Origin: Chiloscyllium plagiosum
Taxonomy: Eukaryota
NCBI RefSeq assembly: GCF_004010195.1
Contig: NC_057719.1
Coordinates: forward strand, 49,127,336 to 49,191,335
Reading direction: 5' to 3'
Length of the DNA: 64,000 nt
This document shows positions 26,175-39,900 of this stretch, piece by piece (positions within the stretch are counted from its first letter, which is position 1; the number at the start of each line of letters is the position of its first letter). A model generated the notes under the pieces. The model was not told where the DNA came from. It ran no database searches and saw only the letters and a program-made list of their open reading frames with translations. A program made the translations under genes and the position numbers.

Positions 26175-27360
26175 GCGCTGAATCTGTTTTTTGCCAAAGT
26201 GTGAGTTATGTTGGGACTTTTAGAGGGATACTCAACATAAGACCAAGCCGGATTCCTCACCATACCTCACCACGTTAACAATCTATCTGCCCCTATGTGT
26301 GTGTCTGACCTTTTTCTAGCTCCATCTTACCATGAGCTGTTTCTGGAACAACTCACCACTCATAGCAGGTAACTACCAAAAGCAGTGTACCTGCACCATC
26401 TATAAAAGGCTGCTGTGAACCTGAACAAGTGTTGGCAATTCAGCTTGCTCCTCACTGGTAGTGTAATGGCACAGCAGGCACTAGCCATGCTGCTCATGGC
26501 ACATAACTGGCAAGGCTGACACTCCCTCACACATACAACCTCATTTTCTCACCCCTGTCACGGTTTAACCAGCAGGCCATGCAGTCTACCTGTGCATAGC
26601 TACATCCCATCTGAATACCCCTCTGAGTCACCTCTACCTGTTCTCACTGTCCGTTGTAGCTCCATTGTCCATGACACAACTGAGCTCTCTCTATGATTCA
26701 CAAGGGGCGGGGGAACTTACTCCTCCCAATGTCCTCATCCTACTTCTCAGAACACTGCTCTTGCCCTCCATTTCCTTACCATATAGTACATTGGCTCATT
26801 GCCTGTTCCAATTGTACAGATTATATCATGCCAGAGTGACATGGCATACTCTGCCTAGAGTATACTGGAGGGCATCTCCAGAACGCTCTGAGCAGTATAG
26901 AGCCACATGTCCAGATGCCCACTGTCTGCTCCACCATGGCCCTGCTCAAAGCCTGAGTGCTGCCTTATCTGTGGTCCACATCAGACACCGGGCTTTCCAA
27001 TGGTACCATGAGGCAGGCTCACTGACGAGCCCATTTGTCCTCAATAACCAGCCTTGTGAGGCACTTGGACCCTGAAACATGAGGTACACAAGAGCATTCG
27101 AGGCTGAAGCATTCAGGGCAACTCCAGGGTAGTAGGCACACACCTCCAGAATGTGGTAACAGTGATCACAGATTCATCTGAACACTAATCAAATGGAACC
27201 CATTCCTGTTGGCATTGTGATACAGCTCTCTCAGTGCCATACGTGTGCAGTCAGTTGGAACCCGTACCTGGGGGATGCCACCGATGTTTCCGAATCCTAC
27301 TTCCCAGCGGCTAAACCCAAGATACAACATGTGCAGTATCTCCCACCCAGCACCACCCTC
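26175..27360 (-). mobile_element. PIF/Harbinger DNA transposon remnant (DDE transposase pseudogene)
   Basis: - strand peptides GIPQVRVPTDCTRMAL...NRNGFHLISVQ, CAYYPG, QGWLL and RSGDALQY align by eye with Harbinger/HARBI1 motifs (GFPxVxGAIDCTH, NRKGFHSxNVQ, ARYPGS, GWLLGD, RSGGALQY). Confidence 0.75.
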
Positions 27361-30300
27361 CTCCAAACAGAAGAAATGGACTCTAAAGGTAATTTTTTTC
27401 TTTTTTTCTTTTATAGATTTAAGTGCATTGTTTGGTATTAGTTAGTGGAATAAAAGCTAAGGCTTACAATGGCAGGGGTCCTCAGACCTGTGGCATGTGC
27501 ATCTTGCTTGATGTGTTCAGCCCTAATCTGTAGGCTACATCACCAGCCACATCCCTGACTCTTGCTCTTGCAAGAAGTGTGTCGCTGCAGCTGTTGTTTG
27601 ACCACATGACAGCTCTGGAGCTGCGGATGGACTCACTGTGGAGCATCCACGATGCTGAGGAGGTTGTGGACAGCACGTTTGGTGAATTGGTCACACCGCA
27701 GGTTAGAATTACTGAGGGAGACAGTGAAGGGTGACCAAACGGCAGAACAAGAATAGGAAGGCAGTGCAGGTGTGTCCTGCAGTCATCTCCCTCCAAAACA
27801 GATATACCATATTGGATATTGTTGGGGAAGATGGCTCACCAGGGGAGGGCAGCAGTTGTCAAGATCATGGCCCTGTGGCGAGCACTGCTGTTCAGAAGGG
27901 CGGGAAAAAGACACGTAGGGCCATACTCATAGGGGATTCTTCTGTAAGGGGAGTAGACAGGCAGTTCTGTGGTTGAAAATGAGACTCCTGGATGTTATGT
28001 TGCCTCCCAGGTGCTCGGGTCAGGGATGTCACCAATTAGCTGCAGAGCATTCTGAAAGGGGAGGGTGAACAGCCAGTTGTTGTGGTACATATAGGCACCA
28101 ATAAAAAATGACGAGGTCCCAAAAGCAGAATTCAGGGAGCTAGGAGAGAAGTTAAAGAGGAGGACCTCAAAGGTAGTGATCTCGGGATTGCTACCAGTGC
28201 CACGTGCTCGCCAGGGTAGAAATGAAAGAATAGGCAGGATGAACATATGGTTTGAGGGATGGCGTAGGAGGGAGGGGTTCAGATTTGTGACATTGGGACC
28301 AGTTCTAGGGAAGATGGGACTATTACAAATTGGATGGTCTACACCTGAACTAGACTGGAACTAATGTCCTTTGGGGAGGTTTTGCTACTGCTGTTGGGGA
28401 GGGTTTAAACTAATGTGGCAGGGGACTGAGAACCAGAAGAGAAGACTAATAGACAAAGTGAGGTGGAAATGAGAGACTGTAAGGATAATGAAGTTAGCAT
28501 TACCAAGGGGGAGAGTAGGCAGAGAACAGATGAATGCAAAGGAATTGGTGGTCTGAAGTACATATACTTTAATGCAAGGAGCATTGTGGGTAAGGCAGAT
28601 GAACTTAGGGCTTGGATTGATGCCTGGGAGTATGACATTATTGCAATCACAAGAGACTTGGTTGAAAGAAGGACATGATTGGCAACTAAATGTTCCAGGG
28701 TATATTTGCTTCAGACAGGACGGGGAGGAAGGTAAAAGGGGGGGAGGAGTTGCATTGCTGGTCAGGGATGATATCACGGCTGTGCTAAAGGAGGACACTA
28801 GGGAGGGCTTGAGCAGTGAGGATAGAGCTGAGAAATAAGAAGGGTGCAGTTACATTGTTGGGGGCTGTACTACAGGCCTCCCAACAGTGAGCGTGAGGTA
28901 GAAGAACAAATAGGTAAACAGATTATGGAAAGATGTAGAGGCAACATGGTGGTGGTGAAGGGGGATTTTAATTTTTCCAACATTGACTGGGATACACCTA
29001 GAATCAGAGGTCTGGATGGGGCAGATTTTGTAAGGAAGTAGTATGTCATTAGTGCAACTAAGAAAGGGACCATATTGGACCTGGTGTTAGGGAATGAGCC
29101 AGGCCAGGTGGTAGAAGTTGCAGTGGGGGATTTCTTTGGGAATAGTGACCAGAACTCTGTAAGTTTTAGAATAGTCATAGACAAAGATGAGAGTGGTCCT
29201 AAGGGAAGAATACTAACCTGGGCCAAGGCCAATTATATCAAAATTCGGCAGGAGCTGGGAAATGTGGTTTGGGGCAGCTATTTGAAAGGAAGTCAACAAT
29301 TGATATGTGGGAGGCTTTCAAAGATAGTTTGAAGATAGTGCAGTATGGGCATGTCCCTTTGAAAACAAGGGACAGGAAAGGCAAGATACGTGAACCGTGG
29401 ATGACAGGAGAAATTGTGCGACTAGCCAAGAGTAAAAGGGAAGCATACATAAGGTCCAGGCAGCTAAGAACAGAACAGGCTTTGGATGACTATCAGGAGA
29501 GTAGGATCAATCTTACACAAGGAATCAAGTGGGCTAAAAGGGGTCACGAAATAACTTTAGCAAGCAGAATTAAGGAGAATCTCAAGGCCTTTTATTCATA
29601 CATAAGAAGCAAGAGGGCAACTAGAGAAAGCGTTGGTTCACTAAAGGATAAGGAAGGAAGGTTGTGTGTCGAACCTGAGGAAATGGGGAGATTCTCAATG
29701 ATTACTTTGCATCAGTGTTCACTGAGGAGAGGGACATGATGAATCTTGAGATTAGAGATAGAAGTTTGTTTACTCTGGATCACGTTGACATAAGGAGGGA
29801 GGATGTGTTGGGTAGGCTGAAGGATATTAAGGTGGACAAATCCCCAGGACCGGATGGGATCTATCCCAGGTTGCTGAGGGAGGCGAGAGAGGAAATAGCT
29901 GGGGCCCTGACAGATATCTTTGTAGCATCCTTAAACATAGGTGAAATGCTGGGGGACTGGAGAGTTGCTAATGTTGTCCCCCTGTACAAGAAGGGTAGTA
30001 GGGATATTCCAGGTAACTACAGACCAATGAGCTGGATGTCAGTGGTGGAAAAGTTGCTGGAGAAGGAACTGAGGGATAGAATCTATTTATATTTGGAAGA
30101 GAATGGGCTTATCAGTGATAGGTGACATGGTTTTGTGCGGGGAGATTGTGCTGTACCAACTTAATAGGGTTCTTTGAGGAAGTGACCAAGTTGATAGATG
30201 AAAGAAGGGCTGTAGATGTCATATACATGGACTTTAGTAAGGCATTTGATAAGGTTCCCCTTGGTAAACTAAAGTAGAAAGTGGAGTCACATGGTGTGCA

Positions 30301-31510
30301 AGGTGTTCTAGCTAGGTGGATAAAGAACTGGTTGAGCAATGGGAGACAGAGAGTAGTGGGTTAAAGGGAGTTTCTCAAAATGGAGAAAGGCTACCAGTGG
30401 TGTTCCACAGGGAGGAGAAAGTGAGGTCTGCAGATGCTGGAGATCAGAGCTGAAAATGTGTTGCTGGAAAAGCGCAGCAGGTCAGGCAGCATCCAGGGAA
30501 CAGGAGAATCGACATTTCGGGCATAAGCCCTTCTTCAGGAATCAGTGCTGGGGCCACTGTTGTTTGTGATATACATAAATGGTGTGGAAGAGGGCATTGG
30601 TAATCTGATCAATAAGTTTGCAGATGACATGAAAATTGGTGGAGTAGCAGAAAGAATAGGGGACTGTCAAAGAATACAGAAGAATATAGATAGACTGGAG
30701 AGTTGGGCAGAGAAGTGACAGATGGAGTTCAATCCAGGCAAATGTGAGGTGGTACATTTTGGAAGGTCTAATTCTACAGCGAACTATCCTATAAATGGAA
30801 GAGCCTTGGGAAAAGTTGATGATCAAAGAGATCTAGGTGTTCAGGTCCATTGTACCCTCAAGGTGGCTGCATAGGTGGATAGAATGGTCAAGAAGGTATA
30901 TGGTATGCTTGCCTTCATCGGATGGGATATTGAGTATAAGAGCTGGCAGGTCATGCTAAAATTGTACAAGACTTTGGTTCGGCCACATTTAGAATACTGT
31001 GTACAGTTCTGTTCGTCACATTACCAAAAGGATGTGGACGTTTGGAGAGGGTGCAGAGAAGGTTTACGAGGATGTTGCCTGGGATGAAAAGAGGTTGAGT
31101 AGGTTAGGATTGTTTTCATTTGAACAAAGGAGATTGAGGGGGGACCTGATTGAGATCTACAAAATCATGAAGGGTATAGACAGGGTGGTTGGGATAAGCT
31201 TTTTCCCAGGGTGAGGGATTCAGTCACGAGAGGTCACGCATTCAAGATGAGAGGAGAAAAGTTTAAGGGGGATACACGCAGCAAGTACTTCACACAGAGG
31301 GTGGTAGGTGCCTGGAATGCATTGCCAGCAGAGGTAGTGGAGGCAGGCACGGTAGATTCATTTAAGGTGCATCTGGACAGATGCATGAGTAGGTGGGGAG
31401 AAGAGGGATACAGATCCTTAGGAATTGGGCCATAGGTTTAGACAGTGGATTTGGATCGGCACAGGCTTGGAGGGCCAAAGGGGCTGTTCATGGGCTGTAA
31501 ATTTGTTCTA
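27360..31510 (+). mobile_element. Near full-length CR1 LINE: ORF1 (Zn finger/coiled coil + SGNH esterase) and ORF2 (APE-RT), both disrupted
   Basis: ORF1 from the ATG at 27469: CASC...CKKC, AILIGDSSVRG, CLPGARVRDV. ORF2: YFNARSIVGK, YYRPPNS, GDFNF, KSPGPDGIYPRLL, LVRPHLEYCVQF. Many stops and frameshifts. Confidence 0.93.
30413..30541 (-). mobile_element. PLE-B terminal-repeat fragment inserted in CR1 RT, with hammerhead motif at 30511-30538
   Basis: It interrupts the CR1 PQG-SVLG codons. The - strand reads CTGAAGA-A-GGGC-TTAT-GCCC-GAAATGTC. Confidence 0.85.
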
Positions 31511-31976
31511 TCCTTACAGACTGAACAATGCAAGTATGGCTTCCACCGCACCCAGCAAGTGGATCAGCTAAGTGTCTAGATGGTCACGAGGGGTTAGCAA
31601 GTGTCAGATCTTGGATCGTGCCCTGAGATGCTATTTACTGCTGTGCAACATGGCGGCTCTTTGCAGCCAGCCAGCAATGAGAGGAATTCTCCAGATAGTT
31701 GCTCTGATTTTCAATGTGAGATTTCATGATGTTGAGCTTGTTCAGTGTGTTTGGAGGTGTGTTTCAGCATTCACAAGGCATTTAACAAAATGTATTTCTC
31801 TTTAATTGGCAACTTACCACTGCCCAGCAAGAAACTGTCTTTGCTGCATAAAAATTACATACAAGGTACAATGGAATGCTCCCACCAGTGAGATAGGTCT
31901 TGTCAGACTTCTCATCCAATTTTAGAACACATCTTGCAACATTCCATGCTACTCAGGCATCTATTAGATTTACCCC
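31511..31976. mobile_element. Probable remaining arm of the Harbinger element split by CR1
   Basis: It ends agatttacccc, a rough inverted match to gcgctgaatct at 26175. Confidence 0.4.
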
Positions 31977-33018
31977 ATATATTTTGTCAATGTCTACCTC
32001 TGTATTGACTATCCCATCAAATTTTATGTGAGCTACAAATTTTGAAACTGTACTTCCAACAGTCAATTGTAAATCATTTATGTAAATGGTAAAGAACAGC
32101 ACTGCTAGCAAATTTCTCGTTAAAATGTTTTTATTGTGAGCAACCAGTTCATTCAGTTTACATGCTGTTTAAATCATTTTGTACAGATGCTTATATCCTT
32201 TATTTATCAGGGAACAAATCCTGGTAAGTAGCTTCCAAGTTGCTGTATGACCATGAATCTACACAGCTTAGCAGGACTGCGGGTCCTGGCAGTGCCAAGC
32301 TGAGGAACTCCCCACTCTCCATCTTCTATACTGTCTCCAACTTGTTATACTTTCTGCTACTGGTCTCGTGGCTCAAATGTTTTAGACATGGATCGACAAT
32401 GTAATATTTTTCAAAATCAAAAAAAAAAATCCACATCTACTGCATTACCTTACCATCTACTGCACTTCCTGTTACTTTTTCAAAAATTTCAAAATTTGCC
32501 AAGTACTACCTCGCATTTTGAAACCTGTGCTGACAACTCTGTTGTATTTTGTGTTTCTTGAACTTCATTTATGATATTTTTGAGTGACAATTGCATTTCT
32601 TTCTGATCACTGACATTAAGCTGACTGGCCTTTAGGTCCTCAAACCGTTCTGTCACCTCTTAAATCATGGAATCACAATAATAGCTTCTTTACTCATGGC
32701 TCTTTTACTTGTGAACTTTAATCACTGTTTATTATACAAACACAGCTAATCTGAAATCACGCAAAATAATGAAGAGACACTGAAATACAATGATGTAGCA
32801 ACAATACATATGTTTAAACAAAAGTAACAAACATCAGATTACATAAGAACAAAGACATAATTTTGGGATAGCACAAACCCCATTGGATCACGCTATCTGG
32901 TTGCAAGAATTACACTTAAAGTCATTCATGCGCTGACAGGATTTATACCCACTCTTGTGAATGTTTTTTTAAAGCAGGCAGCAAAGGCTGAAGCACAGTG
33001 AATTGAAGACTAATGCAC

Positions 33019-33106
33019 AGAAACAAAACCAGAAAATGTCAGAAAATCTCAGCAGGTCTGTGGAGGAAACATTTCAGGTCCAGAGACCCTTCTTCAGAAC
33101 TGGTTC
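33019..33106 (-). mobile_element. Old PLE terminal-repeat fragment with hammerhead-like motif (33068-33097)
   Basis: The - strand reads CTGAAGA-A-GGGTC-TCTG-GACCT-GAAATGTT, preceded on + by a cagcaggtc motif shared with PLE-B/C. Confidence 0.65.
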
Positions 33107-34871
33107 CAGCACCATTTTGGTAAAGCTATGCAACCCTTCTGATTCAGCCAAAATTCAGACTGCGCTGTTATGTCTCTAATTGCTAAAAGTCTTTTTTAAA
33201 AATGACAGCAAGTCTGTGTCTCCCAAAACTCATCTTTGTCCTCCTCCTATTCCCAATCTACATGCTGCACATTTCAATAACAACTACTGGTTTTACCAAT
33301 GTGAATCAGCCAATTGAGAACAGAAAATGTATTCTATCCAAAGTCCACACAAGACTTGAGCTTTCAGAAATGCTCATCCAAAATAACTTACTGTTTTGCT
33401 CTGCTATGCACCGTCCCCTCCATTGATTTATCAATGTGGTAGCACCTTCAGGCAATCTCTGCACTATCATACACTTTTATTAAAATCCTCCACCTTACCA
33501 TCTCTCACATAATTCTTTTTCCAACCCTTGCTTGACAACTGATTCTTATTGTAAAGGTGCCTGCAGGGGTGTGTTTTACTATATCAAAGGTGACATATAA
33601 GTAGCAAGTAATTATTCTTGATGTTACTGACTGGAGGAATAGAATGTTGGTCAGATAACCAGTTCAGCAACAGGATATGTAAACTTTGTGAATGGAAGAG
33701 CCAGACCCTGTCAGTGAAGAAAACCTTAAATGCCTCAGATGATCGGCATTTGGCAACAGAAGCAGTTCAATAAAACAATAGGTATATAATGAACCTAAAG
33801 TACAAGCACTGAGTGCAAATGAGCAAACATGGCAATTACCAGAGCATTTATTCAGGGAGTTTTGCAGAAAAGCAATGACACTGTCATTTCAGTATATAGC
33901 AGCTATGAAATTAGTAACGCTTGGCTGTATTAGCAGAGAGATAGAACACAAATCAGAGATGATGTTGCTATTGTAAAAGGTATGATTAAATATCATCTGG
34001 ACTATTCCTTACTGAGTCACCTGCCATACTTTATGTTGACAAGAATACTGGGCAACAATATTCATAGAGTGAAATTTGTGGAGGTTTATTTTTCTTAATT
34101 TATTTTCATTTTAGTTAATTCATAGAATATGTTGTCAAGCAAGGATTAGAAGAATTGTATGAGAAATGGTAAGATGGAGGATTTTAATATAAGAATACGA
34201 TAGTACAGAGAATGCCTGAATTTGCTACATTGATGGAATTGTTGGAAGGGATAGCAAACAGCAGAACAAAACAGGAAACTACCTGAGGTGAGTATTTCTG
34301 ATACTTCTAGTCTTGTGTGGACTTTGATTAGAAGAAGATCAATGTGAAAGTGGGGGATTGCAGCATGTTACAGTGCTATGTCAGTGTCAGAAATGGTGCA
34401 TGTGCCTGCAGCATACAAAACACACACAGAACCTGTGCATGGAGAGCATGGTGATGTGTGAATAGGAAAGGGGAAGCATACTTAGTGGGGTTAAAATGAA
34501 CTTTAGTCAGTCAGGAGGTATCACCAGAGTCCCAGTCCAAAGCCTGAGCCATTTCTAGGGCAGGGTTTGGCCATGGGCAGTCAAGTAGCTTTTCCAATGT
34601 AAGTCCAAGAATTGGTTTTATTTCAGTCCAGGCATTGGGCTATGTCAATCCTGAAAATCATCAGTTTGGCCCTTACTAGTCAGAGTTGTTCTGCAAATTC
34701 AATCCACTGGCTTGACCATAGTTGGTTGGGATTATCCTGCAAATTCTATCTAGGGGATAAGTCACAATCAGTCAAGGGAGAGAGGTTCTTACATAATGTG
34801 GAGAGGAACTGTTTAAGCCCCAGTCATGTCATCATTGAGACTGTGGGCAGCTCAAGTCTGGGGACAGGCCT

Positions 34872-35097
34872 AAAACAAAAACAGAGAATGCTGGAGAAAC
34901 ACAGCAGGTGAGGCAGCTTTTGTGGAGAGAGAGAGAGAGAGTGAGAAACAGAATTAACATTTTGAGTCCAGTATTTAAAATACTGAACTCCAAACATTAT
35001 TTCTGTTTCTCTCTCCACTGATGCTGCCTGATCTGTTGAGTTGTGCCAGCAATGTCTGTGTTGGTTTCAGATTTCCAGCCTCTGCTGTATTTTGCTG
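34872..35097. repeat. Old palindromic PLE-derived element
   Basis: Imperfect inverted repeat centred at ~34977 (cagtatttaaaatactg). The arms contain tgctggagaaacacagcagg / gatgctgcctgatctg. Confidence 0.6.
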
Positions 35098-35636
35098 CAC
35101 TCGCCTGATTGCATTCACAAGCTGAAGGAATAGTCATAGGCATAGAGGATAATGGAAGAGTCGGCTGAGATCTGGTAGGATAGGGAATTGGATGGTCTTG
35201 AAGGAGAGTTGAAGCAAACCATGTCCATTTTGGCCTTCATATGGGGAGTGTGTAGGGCCCACAAGGGCATCAGCACTTCAATAATGATAGGTGCCCAGGG
35301 ATAAAATGGGTACATTGAAGTCAACATAAAAGGGGCTCAACCAAAACTTGGGGAAGGTCATTGGGAAACATGGATCATGATTTTGTTGGGAAGGTGAAAA
35401 TTGGGATAAAATCTGTGGGTCACTGTGGCCAATCTGCAACTCACTGCAGTGAATGCAAATTCTAAAGCTCACTGAATTGCTCTGGACATCAACTGCTCAA
35501 TAAGCTTTCAATATCCACAATGCAATACCTAAAATGGGAGGACAAGTAAAAATTGTTTTGAAAGATGAGGGGTTGTGTGTTGAAATGTGAGGCCACAAAA
35601 AAGTGCTATTCAACTGATTACACGATGCTATCTATC

Positions 35637-35745
35637 TAGAATCAGAGAATCCCTACAGTGTTGAAAGAGGTCATTCAGCCCATCAAGTCTGCACCAACCC
35701 TGTGAAGAGCATCCCATTCAGACCCAGCTCCCCCACCCACACCCT
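35637..35745 (-). mobile_element. HE1-like SINE/CR1 3' tail fragment
   Basis: tagaatcagagaatccctacagtg...cagcccatc...agacccag. Confidence 0.6.
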
Positions 35746-35964
35746 CGCCCCCTCTATGGCAGGGAGGACTTGATTCAAGAACTTCTGGCCCAGTGATATG
35801 GATATTGCCTTTGCACCACAATACTCATTTTTAAACTTAACTGGCATGTCAATCTCTGATCTACCAATGTTGACCTGATTTGCTAAAGTTTGATGTGAAA
35901 GCACTGTGTGGCCTGATTGGTGTGTTGTGATCTCTCATCAACAAGAGACAATGGAGCAAGGCAC

Positions 35965-36300
35965 AGTCACAAAATCCCTCACCTTCCAACACCAGATTAT
36001 AGTCCAACAGATTTATTTGGAAACACTAGCTTCCGAAAGCTGGTGCTTCCAAATACGGGGCAGCCTTGATTATCCTAACGATATGGGCAGGAAGTATTTT
36101 GTTTGGTTAATCAAATGTTGGGATAACACAGTTTACCCAAGCATCGGAACCTGAGACCTTGTTCAGATAATTTGAAATTCGAATAATTGGTGTTCTGATA
36201 ACCGAGGTTGCACCTGTTGGATAACCTGTTGGACTATAACCTGAGTGTATGAGATTGTTAAACTTTGCCCACTCCAGTCCAACAATGGCTCCTCCACATC
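35965..36300. mobile_element. Palindromic PLE-derived element (GAAAGCT family)
   Basis: Arms accagattatagtccaacag / ctgttggactataacctg, with centre ctagcttccgaaagctgg. Confidence 0.65.
36056..36216. mobile_element. Tc1/mariner (pogo/Tigger-like) MITE
   Basis: Imperfect ~24-bp TIRs (cggggcagccttgattatcctaac versus the reverse complement of gttctgataaccgaggttgcacctg). It follows a TA of the host repeat. Confidence 0.6.
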
Positions 36301-36809
36301 AAGCATAAAGACAGCAGCTGCCCTTCACCTCTTTACTCGTAGATCACTTTGAACAATGACCATGGACATCCATGGCATTACATGGTCCTCAGCCCGTAAT
36401 CACATCCTGGAGATCACTGATGTTTTCTTCGTATGTTCTCATCTATTCAACTTGCTCCCCTCCACTTGGATAGACAATGAGCTGAGAAGTACATAATTAC
36501 CACTGTCAGCTTTGGCAAATATGATGCCAACTAAGCTTCTCACTAGTGCACTTTAACTTCAAAATAGAAACTCCTGGCCACAATTTCAGATATCAGGTCC
36601 CAGGAATCAAAGTTACACAGACAGGTTAAACAAGTAGACTTTGGAGTAGAATTCTGAATTGATCTACTAACAATTTTGATAATTAGGAAGTGTATGACAA
36701 CATTGATGAATTAAAATTATGCATGTGTTCAATAACTGGAAGGTATTATGTAAAGATTAGAAAGTAATAAAAATGAGTCAAGCTGAGTAAACTGGGATCA
36801 AGGATTAAA

Positions 36810-36985
36810 AGATAACATTGCTGTAGTCTTGCCATAGGGCTGCTTCCTCATTAGAGGGTAGTGGTGGCTTAACCTGAGGGTCATCATGCCTCAGGCAAAG
36901 GGAGAGGTTGAGAAGGACAGGATTGAACCCATACTTTTGGTATCATCCTGCATTGCAAACTAGCCATCCAAACTAACTGACCCCC
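36810..36985 (-). mobile_element. Old tRNA-derived SINE fragment
   Basis: ggattgaaccc is the antisense of a B-box and is followed by decayed tRNA-like sequence. Confidence 0.35.
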
Positions 36986-39900
36986 TATTAAGGATTACAA
37001 TGAGAATGTGGACATCTGGAATTGAGAATGAACTAAAAATGACTTGAAGAAGCAAATTACTTTTTCCTGCCCTTATCATCGTGTTAATCTCTGTTCTACT
37101 TATTTCCCAAGGAAAAGAGAATGAAAACAAGCGTACAGAATAAATTTCCTCACATCATGTGGAACTCACCTGTGGAAAGTGGAAATAAGTTTGAGAAGTC
37201 ACTAGTTTGTAAAGCACAATCAAATGATATTTAATTGTACCTGAACATAGCTCTGCCAATAATTTGTAATCAACTGCAAGTCCATGTTTATTCATTACCT
37301 TCCACCCTCACACAACAAATATAACTCTTCAGACAAGCAAAATGTATGAAATAAAAACATCCAAATTATTTTATTAAGACTGCCATTTAATCCGCCAATC
37401 CATCTCTGTGAGGAAAAGACATTTGATGTAACATCACACTTTCTTCAAGGGTCTCAGGGTAGCCTTTCTACCTTCTTCACAAAATTTCAAATCATTTTTG
37501 AGCCTTTGAGTCTTATTTTGCTGAGTTTGCGTGGATGAGTCAGCTGCTGCTCTACCATGGCCTTGTTGCCTCAATTAACTTTTGTGCCCAAGATTCAAAG
37601 CTTTGCACAGATTCTGCCCTCTCCTTCTGAACGCTCTGATCCCTCAGTTTAAAGCTGTTGCCTTCTTTCCTTGTATCGATTGCATCAACTATCAATTCCA
37701 GACTTTGGTGGCATTGTTGCTGAATAGAGAAGGCACTGAGGAGCACGGTTGCCAGTTTTGAGCTTTCTTTCAACAATCACTTCACAGATGATGAAAGCAG
37801 GATTACTGGCTCAGCATGAGACTCCTAGAAACTGTGGTGGCAGGAATACCTTTGTTCATCGTTCTAAACAGCTAATTTACGTCTGCTTAGATTGCTCCAT
37901 AGATCAGTAAGTGAAAGTTCACGTTAATCAAGTACCAGTTCCTCCCAGAATATGCACATCCCAAAGGGGGATCAAAAAAGAATAAATTATCTGAGGTGAG
38001 AAGTTGGGCAAATCATGATTAAAATAACCCCCAGATAATCAGAAATATTTGTAGAAAGTAATAATGAAGAACCAGTCCCAGTAGGGATGTAGTTTTAAGT
38101 TATAATATCAGTAAATAAAAACAATGAATGATATATAAACCTCAACACGGGTGGAAAAATGCATATTAAAATCTTACTACATCACAGGTTTGAAATAATT
38201 ATTTTTAACTCTTTCTTCTGAAATGCAAATCTTCATATATTGCTTCATATTTCCTTCCAGCTTTGCCTATAAGCAGCACAGAAATTAATTGAGCCTATTG
38301 CTATAGGCAGTTCTGATTCTACCATTGCACTCCCAGTGAAATCTTAATGCTGTTAGTATGTTAATGTATTGAATGTTTCCTGCTTTTATAGACCTGTCGT
38401 AAAACTGCATTTCTTCAAACACCAAGATACCATGTCACAGAATTTCAAATATCTTTCTTCACTGCTCCACTCCACAGCTACTCTTTTCATGTAATAAAAA
38501 ACCCTCACAAAACTTTATTGTCACAGGCAGACTCTAAATTGCAGAGCATTTGTCTTGGGATTACACATTTCTACTTGCATCTTCTGCGACCAGCCGGTAA
38601 TTTCAGAAAAATTTTAAATGAACCTTGAATAAACACGTTACCTACAGTCAAATAAGTATAGCACCAGGGATGGTAGGGATTCCACAGCAATTTTCTGCTA
38701 TTCAATTGATGGCACATCATAGGATATAACTGAAATCTATATTAGTTAAAGGCCTACATGTAATTGATAGTAACAGGCCAGAGTTTCCTGAATTCCTCAG
38801 TTAATCTTCTTAGTTAGTGATTCTTCTTTTTCCTTCCAATTGCCTCTTCTCCTCTCTTGAGAGTCTTGGCTACACACAAAAAGAGCTTGGTGTTCCCTAG
38901 TCCCTTACTCGAGTGGCCATTATGCACAACTGTCAATAGCAACTGTTGCAAAGCTTTACATTAGGACCAATCCAGTTTTTGGCATTGTCATATATGTACA
39001 CTTACATCAGGCATTTAAGCTATCCAGAGAAGAATCCTGGCTAATTTTCCCTCCTTAACCAAAGGCAGCTGTAGCTCCTTTACCACTCTCCCAGCCATGT
39101 ACAATAACATGTGCATGTTTTGGATAATATAGCTCAGCTACTCACTGAGTAATTTGCTGAGAAAATTAGTCTTATTGACTGATGCTATCCATTTTATGTA
39201 GAAATCTTAGGATAAGAATTTATTCTGCCATTCGATTAATGTATAATTAAGTGCATGGCTTTATGGTAACTGGGAAAGTCAAATTTTATTGTTAGATGGA
39301 ATTTATTTTGTTTTAGAATTCTTTAAACCTGCATTTTAGGGCTAGTATTTCATACTTCTATCCGTTTTTCATGAACATGACAAAATTGTGTCCCTTGAAC
39401 ATGGATGATCCGCTGAGAAACTGGCTTTTCCTCTAACCAGATTCCAATGTTATTAACACATAGCAAATATAAACTCTCAAGGATTTGTTCAGAGTGGATA
39501 CACCATACGGTTTAGTGGAATGTCTAAACCTGGCATTTTAAACAGTTTACAAATAAAAACCAACAGGAAGATGAGGTCATTTGCTCCTCAGGATATTAAT
39601 ATGAAATTTTAACAAAATCAAGGGAATTTACTTTGTCTTTAACCTATTGGATACATCCCACTATTACAAAGAAGTTAAACTGATCGATACATGTAGTGTT
39701 TCTTCTGAAGTTGATTTGGAAATAAATTACTTTATCACAAGCATTTCTTGTGTGAAACCTGAAATTCTTTATACATTTCCAACGGACCATTCAATTTAAT
39801 ACACTCCAGTTTTTTTACACTGTACCAGCAAGAGCCACAACGTCTAGTATTCCTTTGATTTAAGTACTGGTAGTGCCATTATTAGCAAAGCTCAAAAGAA

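Noticed and set aside
32187..32223. Small exon candidate ending CTG|gtaagt
   Set aside because: 13 or 37 nt depending on the acceptor, not frame-preserving, and no recognisable peptide.
37552..37776. 74-aa minus-strand ORF in unique sequence
   Set aside because: Non-ATG start, no motif and no convincing splice boundaries.
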